Notes: generated from the sequence alone by a model not told the origin. Counted from the stretch's first letter, positions 37,347 to 47,152 are shown. The stretch is 64,000 nt of DNA from Candidatus Moraniibacteriota bacterium (GCA_049304095.1 JBAQNU010000029.1:98222-162221); one strand, 5' to 3'. Translations and numbers: made by a program.

Positions 37347-38087
37347 ATGAATATGGCAATAAATTGTGGCTTTGAGGATAAGGGAGAAACAACCTGGTTT
37401 TTTCGACTAAGTCATAATGAGAAACGTGAATTATTTTTTTGGATACTGTGGGATAAAATAAAACCCTCTTATTTTTTTGATGGGCTAGATAATAGCGAGC
37501 AGGATATAAAAAATATCGATCATATCTCATTCCATAAGGACGGAACAATTCATATTCGATTTTATGATCAGTCGAGTAATGCTGAAAAGATTATTCATAC
37601 AAAACTCGTGAATACTATCCTAGGAATGGAACAAGATAAATATGGACCTCTTTTGACAATATCCATCTATGACTCAAATCTATTTAAAAAATTTATTGGA
37701 AAAGATAATCCAGTGGTTTTTAATAAATTTCAGCATACTCAATTGAAATGGGATATTGAGGGAATTGAAAAATTCAGCCTTGTGTTCTTTTTGGTTGGTG
37801 GACATATAAATCACAGATTGATGTTGGAGAAAAATTTCCCCGGTATGTTTAATATGGGTGCCTCCCCGTATTTAATGAACTTCTTTGGAGATGATAGCAA
37901 GCTTGAGATGGAAAATGGAGAAGTTAGAAAAGTTAATGATCTAGGGTTATTGGTGGCGTTTACAACAAAAACCATTCCGCGACCTCCCAAAGAAGCTATA
38001 ACCGGCACAAGGAAGTTTGATTGGATTGAAATTCCATTAGGCATAAATATAACTCCCTCTGATGAAAAAATAAGGAGAATGACTTAA
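37347..38087 (+). CDS. hypothetical protein, third gene of the AT-rich RT island
   Basis: ORF only. AT-rich. Confidence 0.4.
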   Translation: MNMAINCGFEDKGETTWFFRLSHNEKRELFFWILWDKIKPSYFFDGLDNSEQDIKNIDHISFHKDGTIHIRFYDQSSNAEKIIHTKLVNTILGMEQDKYGPLLTISIYDSNLFKKFIGKDNPVVFNKFQHTQLKWDIEGIEKFSLVFFLVGGHINHRLMLEKNFPGMFNMGASPYLMNFFGDDSKLEMENGEVRKVNDLGLLVAFTTKTIPRPPKEAITGTRKFDWIEIPLGINITPSDEKIRRMT

Positions 38088-38330
38088 TTTATTTGTTGCT
38101 TATGCCTATTTTCCGTATTTCTTTGTCTAAATTACAACAAATAAAGGTTAAATTGTATTTTTCCTTAATTAGTTCGTGGTAAGAATTCACCGCTCTTAAA
38201 AAACAAAAAGTTCTTCCTTGTGGAGAGTTTTTTGTTTGCTAGAATATATTCCAAACTTTGACCTTCTATCTATTTATGCTATGGTGGAAGGGCAACGGGG
38301 GTAAATATCTCCAATTTAAGAAGCTAATGG

Positions 38331-40334
38331 TTGGGAGATATGAAGAAATATACACTTGGGTATTATCTTAGAGAGATTTTTTGGGGTGTCGTGGGCGCTC
38401 TTTTCATGGTGTTTTTAGGCATAATGATTGCCACTTTTTTTATCTATAAAAACCAAACTCCCAGCGTGGGAGAGATTTCCAGTTATCGGCCACCACAAAC
38501 TTCAGTTATATATGATCGCACGGGAAAAATCGTGCTCTACAAAATTCATGGTGAAGAGAATCGCAAGGTGCTCTCTCATGATGAAATTCCTGATGTGGTG
38601 CGAATTGCTACAATTGCGACGGAAGATAAAAATTTCTATGCGCATTTTGGAATCGATTTTTTGTCGATTTTGCGAGCATTGCGAACGAATGTGGAAAAAG
38701 GAGAAATTTCCCAAGGCGGTTCAACCATCACGCAACAACTGGCGCGCAATGTTTTTCTCACACGGGAAAAAACACTACGCAGAAAATTCATGGAAACGCT
38801 AATTGCCTTCAAGATTGAAAAGAATTTTTCTAAAGATGAAATTTTAGACCGCTATCTCAATCAAGTGCCGTATGGTTCCAATGCCTATGGCATTTCTGCT
38901 GCAGCGGAAATATTTTTTGGCAAAAGCGCGAAAGATTTGACACTTTCCGAAGCGGTTTTTCTAGCTGCACTTCCTAAAGCCCCGACGTATTATTCACCCT
39001 ATGGAGACAACACCAGTGAACTGGTTACGCGTTATCGAAATATCCTAGATCAAATTGCGCAACTGAAAAAAGTCTCTACAGCTGAAATTGAAGAAGCCAA
39101 GAAAACCAATATTTTGGCGAAAGTTGAACCATTTCGCGAGCCGATTCTTGCCCCACATTTTGTGTTTTATGTAACAGCGCAACTGGAGGAAAAATATGGA
39201 CGTGATTTTTTGGAGCGCGGGGGACTTAGGATTATTACAACCTTGGATTATGATCTACAAAAGATTGGTGAAAAAATCGTGGCAGAAGGCGGTGCGCGTA
39301 ATGTTTCTTATGGTGCAGACAATGCGGCATTAGTGGCAGTTAATCCGAAAAGCGGAGAAACGCTTGTTATGGTAGGTAGTCGTGATTTTTTCAATCCCGC
39401 CATCGATGGGCAAGTAAATGTGGCAGTTCGTCTGCGTCAACCAGGCTCATCATTCAAACCAATTGTTTATGCAACAGCGTTTGAAAAAGGTTATCAGCCA
39501 GAAACACTGATTGCTGATGTGCCTACGAATTTTGGACCAGATGGTGGAGGGCTAGACTATATTCCCCAAAACTATGATGGAAAATTTCACGGTGTACTTC
39601 CAATGCGAAAAACTCTCGCCATGTCACTCAATATTCCCGCAATCAAAACGCTTTCGCTCGTAGGGATCGATAGTGCGATTGATATGGCGCATCGTTTGGG
39701 AATTACAACTCTAAATGACCGCAAACGCTACGGACTTTCTATGGCAATTGGTGGGGCGGAGGTGAAGCTAGTTGATATGGCTAGTGCTTTTAGTGTTTTC
39801 GCAACAGAAGGAGAAAAACACCCACAGCATGCAATTTTGGAAATTATAGATAGTCTCGGAGAAACTTATTTTGATACAACGCAAAGTTCTCGTGTGGTTG
39901 ATCAGGAAGTAGCCCGAAAAATTAATTCTATTCTTTCAGATAATGATGCTCGCTCAGCTATTTTTGGAGCAAATAGTCCACTGCATATTCCCGGGCGCAC
40001 AGTGGCGGCAAAAACAGGAACATCTCAGGATTTTCGTGACGCATGGACCGTTGGTTATACGCCAGACATCGCCGTGGGTGTTTGGGCGGGGAATAATGAT
40101 TCAAGTCCAATGCGCGCCGGATCTGACGGCGTGTTTGTGGCAGCTCCGATTTGGCGCAGTTTTATGGACGCAGTTTTGTCGCGCTATCCAAATGAAAATT
40201 TTACAGGCTATCAGACGGTGCTCAAGGACGATAAAGTTGTTCTAAGTCAAGATCAGGTTGATCAGCTGGCCCAGGATCAAAAAAACGCGGAGAAAGAGCA
40301 AAGAAAAGCCGATAAGAAGAAAAAGAAGCATTAA
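38331..40334 (+). CDS. mrcA: class A penicillin-binding protein (glycosyltransferase GT51 plus transpeptidase)
   Basis: GT51 motifs ATIATEDKNFYAHFGID and GGSTITQQLARN. Transpeptidase SxxK (GSSFKP). Confidence 0.85.
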   Translation: MGDMKKYTLGYYLREIFWGVVGALFMVFLGIMIATFFIYKNQTPSVGEISSYRPPQTSVIYDRTGKIVLYKIHGEENRKVLSHDEIPDVVRIATIATEDKNFYAHFGIDFLSILRALRTNVEKGEISQGGSTITQQLARNVFLTREKTLRRKFMETLIAFKIEKNFSKDEILDRYLNQVPYGSNAYGISAAAEIFFGKSAKDLTLSEAVFLAALPKAPTYYSPYGDNTSELVTRYRNILDQIAQLKKVSTAEIEEAKKTNILAKVEPFREPILAPHFVFYVTAQLEEKYGRDFLERGGLRIITTLDYDLQKIGEKIVAEGGARNVSYGADNAALVAVNPKSGETLVMVGSRDFFNPAIDGQVNVAVRLRQPGSSFKPIVYATAFEKGYQPETLIADVPTNFGPDGGGLDYIPQNYDGKFHGVLPMRKTLAMSLNIPAIKTLSLVGIDSAIDMAHRLGITTLNDRKRYGLSMAIGGAEVKLVDMASAFSVFATEGEKHPQHAILEIIDSLGETYFDTTQSSRVVDQEVARKINSILSDNDARSAIFGANSPLHIPGRTVAAKTGTSQDFRDAWTVGYTPDIAVGVWAGNNDSSPMRAGSDGVFVAAPIWRSFMDAVLSRYPNENFTGYQTVLKDDKVVLSQDQVDQLAQDQKNAEKEQRKADKKKKKH

Positions 40335-40354
40335 TAATGTGTTTTTGTCGTAGC

Positions 40355-40377
40355 AAAGCCCTTTTGGGGCTTTTTTG
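40355..40377 (+). terminator. rho-independent terminator (AGCCC-TTTT-GGGGCT TTTTT)
   Basis: Read directly. Confidence 0.6.
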
Positions 40378-40550
40378 ACTTTTATGGCTTATTCAAGCTA
40401 AATCAGCCTAAAAGTCAAAAGCCAGATGGCTTATTTAAGCCAAAAAATCGCTGTAACACTTGACTTTTGGACGATTATTTGCTATGATACTAGGTCAATC
40501 TGAAAAAGGGTCCTAGAGCCCGATTGACGCTTAACAATTAAAGTTTATAT

Positions 40551-41120
40551 ATGCGTATTAGCACGAAATTGGCTATTGTAGCTGGTTTTGCTGTCATTTC
40601 TAGTTTTGGATTGATGGTGGAAACAGTGAAAGCTGACGAGTCTAATCAAACAAAAATAAACTTCAATATCGTAGAAAATATCCTCACACTTGGTCAGACT
40701 AATGTTTGTATGGCCGAAGAACTCGCTCCAACAGTGGAAGCTGTAGAAAAAGAGAAGGTGGAGGAGGTAAAAATAGAAGAAAAAGTTATAATTGAAACTA
40801 AAAAAGTACCTAATAATAGCAATCTTCCCAAGGGAAAGTTCATCATCAATGCTTCAGCATATACTGCTGCGGCGGATGAATGTGGTAAAAGTGATGGAAT
40901 CACTGCTTCGGGAAAGAAAGTAAAAGAAAACGAAACGATCGCTTGTCCCAAGAACTTTGCTTTTGGTACAAAGGTGAATATTGAAGGCTATGGAACCTAT
41001 ATTTGCCAGGATCGTGGAAGTGCAATCAAAGGTAATAAGATTGACATCTATATGGAAACAAAAGCCGAGGCCTTTGCTTTCGGTAGACGAAACTTAGTGG
41101 CTGAGATTGTGATTGAATAA
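40551..41120 (+). CDS. secreted 3D-domain (MltA-like) protein
   Basis: Signal/TM N-terminus. C-terminal 3D-like region TKVNIEGYGTYICQDRGSAIKGNKIDIY. Confidence 0.55.
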   Translation: MRISTKLAIVAGFAVISSFGLMVETVKADESNQTKINFNIVENILTLGQTNVCMAEELAPTVEAVEKEKVEEVKIEEKVIIETKKVPNNSNLPKGKFIINASAYTAAADECGKSDGITASGKKVKENETIACPKNFAFGTKVNIEGYGTYICQDRGSAIKGNKIDIYMETKAEAFAFGRRNLVAEIVIE

Positions 41121-41124
41121 AAAA

Positions 41125-41157
41125 AGAGCACCCCGAGCAATCGGGGTGCTTTTTTTG
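41125..41157 (+). terminator. rho-independent terminator (AGCACCCCGA-GCAA-TCGGGGTGCT TTTTTTG)
   Basis: Read directly. Confidence 0.7.
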
Positions 41158-41271
41158 TTTTCGATTTTTCTAATAAAAAAACCCCTTCACTATGATTAGC
41201 AAAGAGGTTTGGAGCGGTGGGATTTGGGGGATATGTTGAGAAGTTTGGTGAGGCGCGGAGTCTGAAAAGAA

Positions 41272-41982
41272 TTAGGCGACCTTTCGGAAAAGTACAGAAT
41301 GAATTTTTATGCCGTTGATTTCATCTTCCGGGCAATTTTCCATGTAGTCGACGACCTTCAGAGATGGAAACTCAGCGATGAGTTTTTCGATTGTGAAACA
41401 GCGCATATAATGTTTGTCCCACAGACAGAAATCTTTGCCTTTTTTGACTTTGAATTTTTCTGGCAAAGGATCGGCGAATTGCGAGCTGATTAGATATCCG
41501 CCGACTTCGAGATGATCCAATATATTCTTTTTGTATGCAGTCAAATAGGCGCGTCTGATATGGTCCATTACAGACCAGTCAATTATCACATCGAATTTAC
41601 AAGGCCCAAATAATTCAGTAATTGTATTCGGTACTGACATATCTCGGTAATCAAGATACAGTTTATCATCTTTGCAATATTTCTCGAACTTAATTTTGCA
41701 GTGGTCCAAGGCGATTTTTGAAATATCAATTCCAAATACAAAGTGCCCCTGATTTAAGAAATATGTTGCATTACGTCCGTCAGCACCAATCCCAATGTCT
41801 AGAATTTCTCTGTAATATTGAGGATTCTTTGGTCGAATTTTCTTGGATAGCGTTACCATCGACGGGCTGGGAGTTGTTGCCCAGCCATATCCTCTCTCGA
41901 GTCGTGTTTCTGGATCCCGATACGCTTCGTCGTAAAAATCTTTTTCATTTTTAAGGTGCTTTGGTTTCATTTTAGTCATCAT
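41272..41982 (-). CDS. class I SAM-dependent methyltransferase
   Basis: Motif I ILDIGIGADG. Confidence 0.6.
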   Translation of the reverse strand: MMTKMKPKHLKNEKDFYDEAYRDPETRLERGYGWATTPSPSMVTLSKKIRPKNPQYYREILDIGIGADGRNATYFLNQGHFVFGIDISKIALDHCKIKFEKYCKDDKLYLDYRDMSVPNTITELFGPCKFDVIIDWSVMDHIRRAYLTAYKKNILDHLEVGGYLISSQFADPLPEKFKVKKGKDFCLWDKHYMRCFTIEKLIAEFPSLKVVDYMENCPEDEINGIKIHSVLFRKVA

Positions 41983-42400
41983 CCTTTCCGCCGTCTCTGG
42001 CGATTACATCCGTAAGTTTCAATTCGGGAAAGAGGTTCTGATAGAAGGTCAAGATTTCACCCTTGATTTCATTGAGAACTTTTTGAGGTGCTCGGCCATA
42101 GCGTGCAGAGTAATCATGAATTAGTAACGTGTTCTCATAGCAATCTACGCTTCCTCCACCTATGGTGCGTTCGATGCAATGATTAATAAAATACCGACGA
42201 TGTACCACGGCTTCTTTCATGTTCTTGTGATATATGTCTGCATATCCATCTTTTGACCAAATAATTTTTGGTGCCAACAATACTAACGGTGGCTGATCTT
42301 CCATGAAAAACAAGAGATATTTATCTGGCATTTTAGGAAATGGGTCGCATTCTTTTGCAAACCGCCAAAAGTCATCCGGCGCTAATCTAATAATATCCAT
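41972..42400 (-). CDS. hypothetical protein co-transcribed with the methyltransferase (11-nt overlap)
   Basis: ORF. Overlapping stop/start. Confidence 0.4.
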   Translation of the reverse strand: MDIIRLAPDDFWRFAKECDPFPKMPDKYLLFFMEDQPPLVLLAPKIIWSKDGYADIYHKNMKEAVVHRRYFINHCIERTIGGGSVDCYENTLLIHDYSARYGRAPQKVLNEIKGEILTFYQNLFPELKLTDVIARDGGKDDD

Positions 42401-42491
42401 ATTCTGTGCTCCTTTTTTAAGGTTCTATAATTTGTCTCCCTGAAATTATTTCTCAGCTTGACTCCAGAGTATATCACGCTGAAAGATAAGT

Positions 42492-42511
42492 GTCAACAAA
42501 ATATTGTTGAC
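42492..42511. promoter_or_regulatory. inverted repeat GTCAACA-AAATAT-TGTTGAC overlapping the -35 of a TTGACA-17-TATAAT promoter (42507..42535); candidate operator
   Basis: Read directly in the divergent region between 41972..42400(-) and the TrmB-like gene. Confidence 0.45.
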
Positions 42512-42650
42512 AGCAATGAGAAATTGATGTATAATGGGTCTAGGATAAGCGAAATTTGGTTTTGGTGTCACTTTGTGGTTGACGGGCGTTAGGTGACTAT
42601 TCGGCGATGTAGTGCATAATAGGCATAATTTTTTATTAAAAAATATTTTT

Positions 42651-43397
42651 ATGGAACAAGAACTATTAGCTTTGGGGCTGACTTGGAATGAAGTTAAAGC
42701 ATATAAGAGTCTTATGAAACTGGGCGAGACGCAAGTTGGTGGAATTATCACTGATCTCAAGATTCATCGCCAGATTGCCTATAACGCCCTTGACGCACTG
42801 GAAAAGCGCGGGATGGTGACGAAAACGAGCAAGAACAAAGTTCAACATTATAAAATAGTCGATCCAGAAGTGATTGTGGAAAATGTCAAAAAGCAGGAAG
42901 TTTTGGCAGAAAGGTTGGCGCGGACGATCAAGCACGAGATGAAAAAAAGTCGGCATGAGCATGAAATTAGTCTCTATAATGGCCGAGAAGCGGCTCGGCG
43001 ATTTTTTATCCAGTCATTTAAGAAATTCCCAGTTAGCGCTACTACCTACATCATGGGGGTGCCCGTTAATGACTATACTGAAGCAATGGGGGCGGATTTT
43101 CTGGCTGGCCCCTATAATAAGATTCGCAATCAGAGAGATATCCGTTCTCGATTACTGGTAAGTGAGAGAATGCGTGAGGAAAACAAGGACTATGAAAAGC
43201 TAGTTAATCCGGTTTTGCGCGAGACACGCTATTTGCCCTATCAAGTACTCAATCCAATCTCCACTCTCATTTGGGAGGATCACATTTCTTTTATTTCTAT
43301 AAAGCCAGAATTCTTTATTATTGATATTTTGAGCCAAGCTTTTCGGGACTCGTATAAGGAGCATTTTGATATGCTCTGGAAGATGGCGAAAAAATAG
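42651..43397 (+). CDS. TrmB-like HTH transcriptional regulator (paralog 5, most divergent)
   Basis: LGLTWNEVKAYKSLMKLGETQVGGI..IHRQIAY. Same overall length and layout. Confidence 0.45.
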   Translation: MEQELLALGLTWNEVKAYKSLMKLGETQVGGIITDLKIHRQIAYNALDALEKRGMVTKTSKNKVQHYKIVDPEVIVENVKKQEVLAERLARTIKHEMKKSRHEHEISLYNGREAARRFFIQSFKKFPVSATTYIMGVPVNDYTEAMGADFLAGPYNKIRNQRDIRSRLLVSERMREENKDYEKLVNPVLRETRYLPYQVLNPISTLIWEDHISFISIKPEFFIIDILSQAFRDSYKEHFDMLWKMAKK

Positions 43398-43443
43398 AGC
43401 TTTTTGTTGACTTTAACGTCTTGGCTTGGTAGTATTTACCTAT

Positions 43444-43514
43444 GGTCCGGTGGCCGAGCGGTTAGGCAAAGGTCTGCAAAACCTTTTACAACAGTTCAAC
43501 TCTGTTCCGGACCT
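43444..43514 (+). tRNA. tRNA-Cys (GCA), discriminator U
   Basis: GGTCCGGTGGCCGAGCGGTTAGGCAAAGGTCTGCAAAACCTT...GTTCAACTC. Confidence 0.8.
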
Positions 43515-43581
43515 CAAATTTTTCTAAAAGCTATTGTTATGGTATACTTATGGAGTGATACTAACTAATAAGTATACCACT

Positions 43582-44052
43582 ATGAGAAAAAGAAGTTGGA
43601 CAGAGGACGAATTAAAAAAAGCAGTTAAATTATCCACAAGCGTTAGGCAGGTTTTAAAAAGATTAAAGCTGAAAGAAGCGGGTGGAAACTATTCTCAAGT
43701 AAAAAAGTTTTTAGAACTATATAAAATAAACACAAAGCATTTCACGGGAAAGGGCTGGAATAAAGGAATGCAAGGAATAGGAAAGCCCCGGAGAAAGTTA
43801 GAGGAAATTCTAAAAAAGAACACTGACTTTCAAAGCTTTAAATTAAAGAAAAGATTATTTTTTGCAAAACTAAAGCCAAAACATTGTGAGGAGTGTGGGT
43901 GGCATGAGATGTCTGATGATGGTAGATTGCCACTAGAACTTGATCACATCAATGGCGACAGTAAAGACAATCGATTGGAAAACTTGCGAGTGCTTTGTCC
44001 TAATTGCCATAGTCTAAAACCAACACACAGAGGAAGAAATCGAAAAAAATAA
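43582..44052 (+). CDS. HNH endonuclease located between two tRNA genes
   Basis: ELDHINGDSKDNRLENLRVLCPNCH HNH motif. Confidence 0.7.
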   Translation: MRKRSWTEDELKKAVKLSTSVRQVLKRLKLKEAGGNYSQVKKFLELYKINTKHFTGKGWNKGMQGIGKPRRKLEEILKKNTDFQSFKLKKRLFFAKLKPKHCEECGWHEMSDDGRLPLELDHINGDSKDNRLENLRVLCPNCHSLKPTHRGRNRKK

Positions 44053-44056
44053 TTTT

Positions 44057-44139
44057 GGGCGAGTGGTGAAATGGTATACACTCGACACTTAAAATGTCGC
44101 GGAGCTTGCTCCATGAGGGTTCGAGTCCCTCCTCGCCCA
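44057..44139 (+). tRNA. tRNA-Leu (TAA)
   Basis: GGGCGAGTGGTGAAATGGTATACACTCGACACTTAAAATGTCG...GGTTCGAGTCC. Continuous, no intron. Confidence 0.8.
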
Positions 44140-44177
44140 CAGTGAGTTTAGTATTGAAAAATCGCCGATGAGGCGAT

Positions 44178-44789
44178 TTATTTTTCTTCTTTTTCAATTT
44201 TTGCAATAATCTTCGGAATCCGTTTGAAATCTTTGATCAGTGTTTCGCGCATTCCGCCATTATAGAGCGCCGCGGCGGGGTGGTAGAGAGTATAGAAAAC
44301 CTGCCTACCGGCAGGCAGGCCTGGCTTGCCCATGCCTTCAATTTCTCGGCGCATGGCTTTGCCGTGGACTTCGGAAATCTTGAATCCGGGTAAAAATCTT
44401 TCCATGGAATGGCGGCCGAGAGTGACGATTAATTTTGGCTGGATGATTTCAATTTGCGCAAGAAGCCATGGCCAGCAAGTGGAGATTTCTTCGGGCAGTG
44501 GGTCGCGATTTTCCGGTGGGCGACATTTACAGACATTGGCGATGTAGACGTCTTCGCGTTTGAGCTTGATCGCGTCCAGCATTTCGTTCAAGAATTTTCC
44601 AGCTGATCCAATAAAAGGCATGCCAGTTTCGTCCTCTTTTTTTCCAGGCGCTTCGCCAATAAACATAATTTTCGCGCTCTCTGATCCAGCGCCAGGGACG
44701 ACCTGAATGCAACCTTTGCGCAAAGCACATTTGGTGCAGGCGAACATTTCCGCGTTTAGTTTTTCGAGTTGGTCTTTTTTGGATTCCAT
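44178..44789 (-). CDS. uracil-DNA glycosylase, family 4 (Fe-S)
   Basis: CTKCALRKGC...IMFIGEAPGKKEDETGMPFIGSAGKFL. Confidence 0.8.
   Translation of the reverse strand: MESKKDQLEKLNAEMFACTKCALRKGCIQVVPGAGSESAKIMFIGEAPGKKEDETGMPFIGSAGKFLNEMLDAIKLKREDVYIANVCKCRPPENRDPLPEEISTCWPWLLAQIEIIQPKLIVTLGRHSMERFLPGFKISEVHGKAMRREIEGMGKPGLPAGRQVFYTLYHPAAALYNGGMRETLIKDFKRIPKIIAKIEKEEK
44299..44318. repeat. GC hairpin element copy (CCTGCCTACCGGCAGGCAGG) lying in-frame inside the UDG gene
   Basis: Encodes the GKPGLPAGRQV segment of the ORF. Confidence 0.4.
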
Positions 44790-45093
44790 ATATTTTTCTG
44801 ATTATGACAAAAATCTTTGAAGACATTATACGCCCAATTGTCATCCTCGCGAAGGCGGGGATCTAGTCACTAATCTATCTTAGGATATGAGTCGTTATGT
44901 TTAGAATAGTTTCGAGGGAACGGGTGTATTTTTAAAAGGCTTAGTATTTTTGCCTGTTGAAATACAGAAATAATGATTATTTTCTAAGTCTATCCACTGG
45001 ATTCCCGCCTGCGCGGGAATGACAAGTTAGTTAGGTTTGTTTTTTTGCAGCCTTATGTCATTTGCGTATTTGCAAGAATGACGCACGTGATAT

Positions 45094-45597
45094 TTATTTC
45101 AAATCATGAACTCTCAATAATTTAAAACCATCATTTTCCGTATCCCACACTGCAAATGTTGGCAAATAAATTTCTCCGGCAACATTGCCGGGATTGAGCA
45201 TTTTGCAATTGCCAATCATTTCTTCCCAGGGTTTGTGCGTGTGGCCATGGAAAACAAAATTATATTTTCCGGACTCGGCTAATTTTCTGGCTTCTCGTGG
45301 GAAATGCACAAAGGCAATGGATTTTCCGTCGATTTTGGCTTCGCCGAAATTTTTGTACATAAAAGTATTGCGATATTTGGAAGTTGAGTCAAGTTCGCGC
45401 AGTTCAGTATAATCGGCGTTGCCGAAAGTATAATATATAACGCCTGAAAAATTATCATTCATGAGCTCTAGAATTTCTCTGGAAGCCAAATCGCCACAAC
45501 AAATGAGCGTTTCAATTTTTTGCTCGGCGCAATAACGTAAAACTTTGTCTAAATTTATTTCATTATTATGGATGTCGGAGGTGATGGCGATTTGCAT
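45094..45597 (-). CDS. metallophosphoesterase (YfcE-like)
   Basis: DIHNN, GDL and GHTH motifs. Confidence 0.7.
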   Translation of the reverse strand: MQIAITSDIHNNEINLDKVLRYCAEQKIETLICCGDLASREILELMNDNFSGVIYYTFGNADYTELRELDSTSKYRNTFMYKNFGEAKIDGKSIAFVHFPREARKLAESGKYNFVFHGHTHKPWEEMIGNCKMLNPGNVAGEIYLPTFAVWDTENDGFKLLRVHDLK

Positions 45598-45729
45598 AGC
45601 ATTTTATTTATAGTTTAGGCTATTTGAATTGTAGCAGGGTTTGAAAACGGTAACAATATGGACATTTTGGGCAAATAAAAAACCAGTCAAAGCGGGACTG
45701 GCACCGGTAAGAGTTGATTGATTTATTGC

Positions 45730-46251
45730 TTAAGTCAATAATAATTCAAAAAACTGGCAATGAACACAAGAAAATGTGTTGACTTTAATTTTGATGGCAA
45801 AATCAATGCATTCTCTCACATCGCTGTCCTCACATATCTTGCATCGATGAAGATCTTCTTCATCACCGATGAAAGGACGGGATAGTTTAATTATCGTTAT
45901 TTTCCTTCCGGCTGGGGTGATGGTGGTATATTCTTCCAGAAGTTTAAATTCGCGATTCCTATTCTTATTCTGTCCTTTTCTTTCCTTTTTAATATCACCT
46001 AATGTTGGTAGCGGCGTTAGTTTTGGAGGGATTCTGGGGTTGGGTCGTAAAATAGCTTGGGCGTCCCTTTTTGCTTTTATCCAGGAATCAGCACTAAATC
46101 CAAGCGACTCAATCCAAGCTGTCGGTGTTTTTTTGCCACTTTTTGCAAAAAGCAAATCATCCGTTTTGTTCATCCAAAAACGCGGATCTTTGGTCATTTC
46201 TAATGATTCTCTGACCCGCTTCTTGTCACCATCAGTCAATTCTTCAACCAC
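45730..46251 (-). CDS. hypothetical protein
   Basis: ORF only. Cys-x2-Cys pairs near the C-terminus. Confidence 0.35.
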   Translation of the reverse strand: MVEELTDGDKKRVRESLEMTKDPRFWMNKTDDLLFAKSGKKTPTAWIESLGFSADSWIKAKRDAQAILRPNPRIPPKLTPLPTLGDIKKERKGQNKNRNREFKLLEEYTTITPAGRKITIIKLSRPFIGDEEDLHRCKICEDSDVRECIDFAIKIKVNTFSCVHCQFFELLLT

Positions 46252-46330
46252 TGCACACCTCCTTTTGTCGGTAGGATTAATTTTATTCTAAAGAACTGAT
46301 TTATTAGCTTAAGGCAAAAACTATTTTTAG

Positions 46331-47152
46331 TCAACCTCTAAATTTATTAAGAAGGTTAACATCTTCTATTATTTTATCGTGTTCAGTTTCCAAAATCATA
46401 TCAATGTTATTCTTACTTGCAAATGCGACAATATCGAGGAAAGCCTTCTCTCCAATCCTGCCTTCTCCGATATGGGCGTGGCGGTCGCGCTTGGAATCAA
46501 ATTCGGTCAAACTGTCGTTGGCGTGGATTAGTTTTATATTTTCCAAGCCTAACTCTTGGTCGATTCTTGCAATTGTTTTTTTGAAATCTTGCCAATCATA
46601 GCCAGAAGCGAAAGAATGTTGAGTGTCGAGACAAATTCCGGCGATGGATTTATTGTTTATGCCATCAATAATGGTTTTCAAATCTGCTAGTGAACTGCCG
46701 ATGATTTCTCCGGCTCCGGCGCTGTTTTCCAAAAGCAACTTTGTCGATCCAGAATAATTTTCTAGAGTCTTTTTTAACATGTCAATCACTTTTTGGATTG
46801 ATTCGTCGTGCGTCATGCCTTTAGCGGAGCCAAGATGTGTCATTACATATTTTGCACCAATCAGTGTGCCACGCTCCAATTCGTCTCGAACGATACTTAC
46901 CGAACCGTAGCGGATTTTGTTATCTAGTGAAGCGAAGTTGATATAATACGGTGTGTGAATGAAAGTATTTTGTATTTTAAATTTTTTGGATAAAGTTTTA
47001 AATTCATTACAAATTTCTGGTGTGAGTTCAGGCGCTTTTCCGCCACGTGGTGAGCGAGTGAAAATTTGCATCACTTCGCAACCCAAAACGCTTGCGCGTT
47101 CTGGTGCGTTTTGGATTCCGCCAGCGATGGAGATGTGGGCGCCTATGTTCAT
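46331..47152 (-). CDS. nfo: endonuclease IV (AP endonuclease family 2)
   Basis: IGAHISIAGG ... FIHTPYYINFAS ... HLGS ... HANDS. Confidence 0.8.
   Translation of the reverse strand: MNIGAHISIAGGIQNAPERASVLGCEVMQIFTRSPRGGKAPELTPEICNEFKTLSKKFKIQNTFIHTPYYINFASLDNKIRYGSVSIVRDELERGTLIGAKYVMTHLGSAKGMTHDESIQKVIDMLKKTLENYSGSTKLLLENSAGAGEIIGSSLADLKTIIDGINNKSIAGICLDTQHSFASGYDWQDFKKTIARIDQELGLENIKLIHANDSLTEFDSKRDRHAHIGEGRIGEKAFLDIVAFASKNNIDMILETEHDKIIEDVNLLNKFRG

Noticed and set aside
44057-44139. Cyanobacterial-type group I intron in tRNA-Leu(TAA)
   Set aside because: The tRNA-Leu(TAA) cloverleaf is continuous. The only interrupted tRNA is tRNA-Phe.
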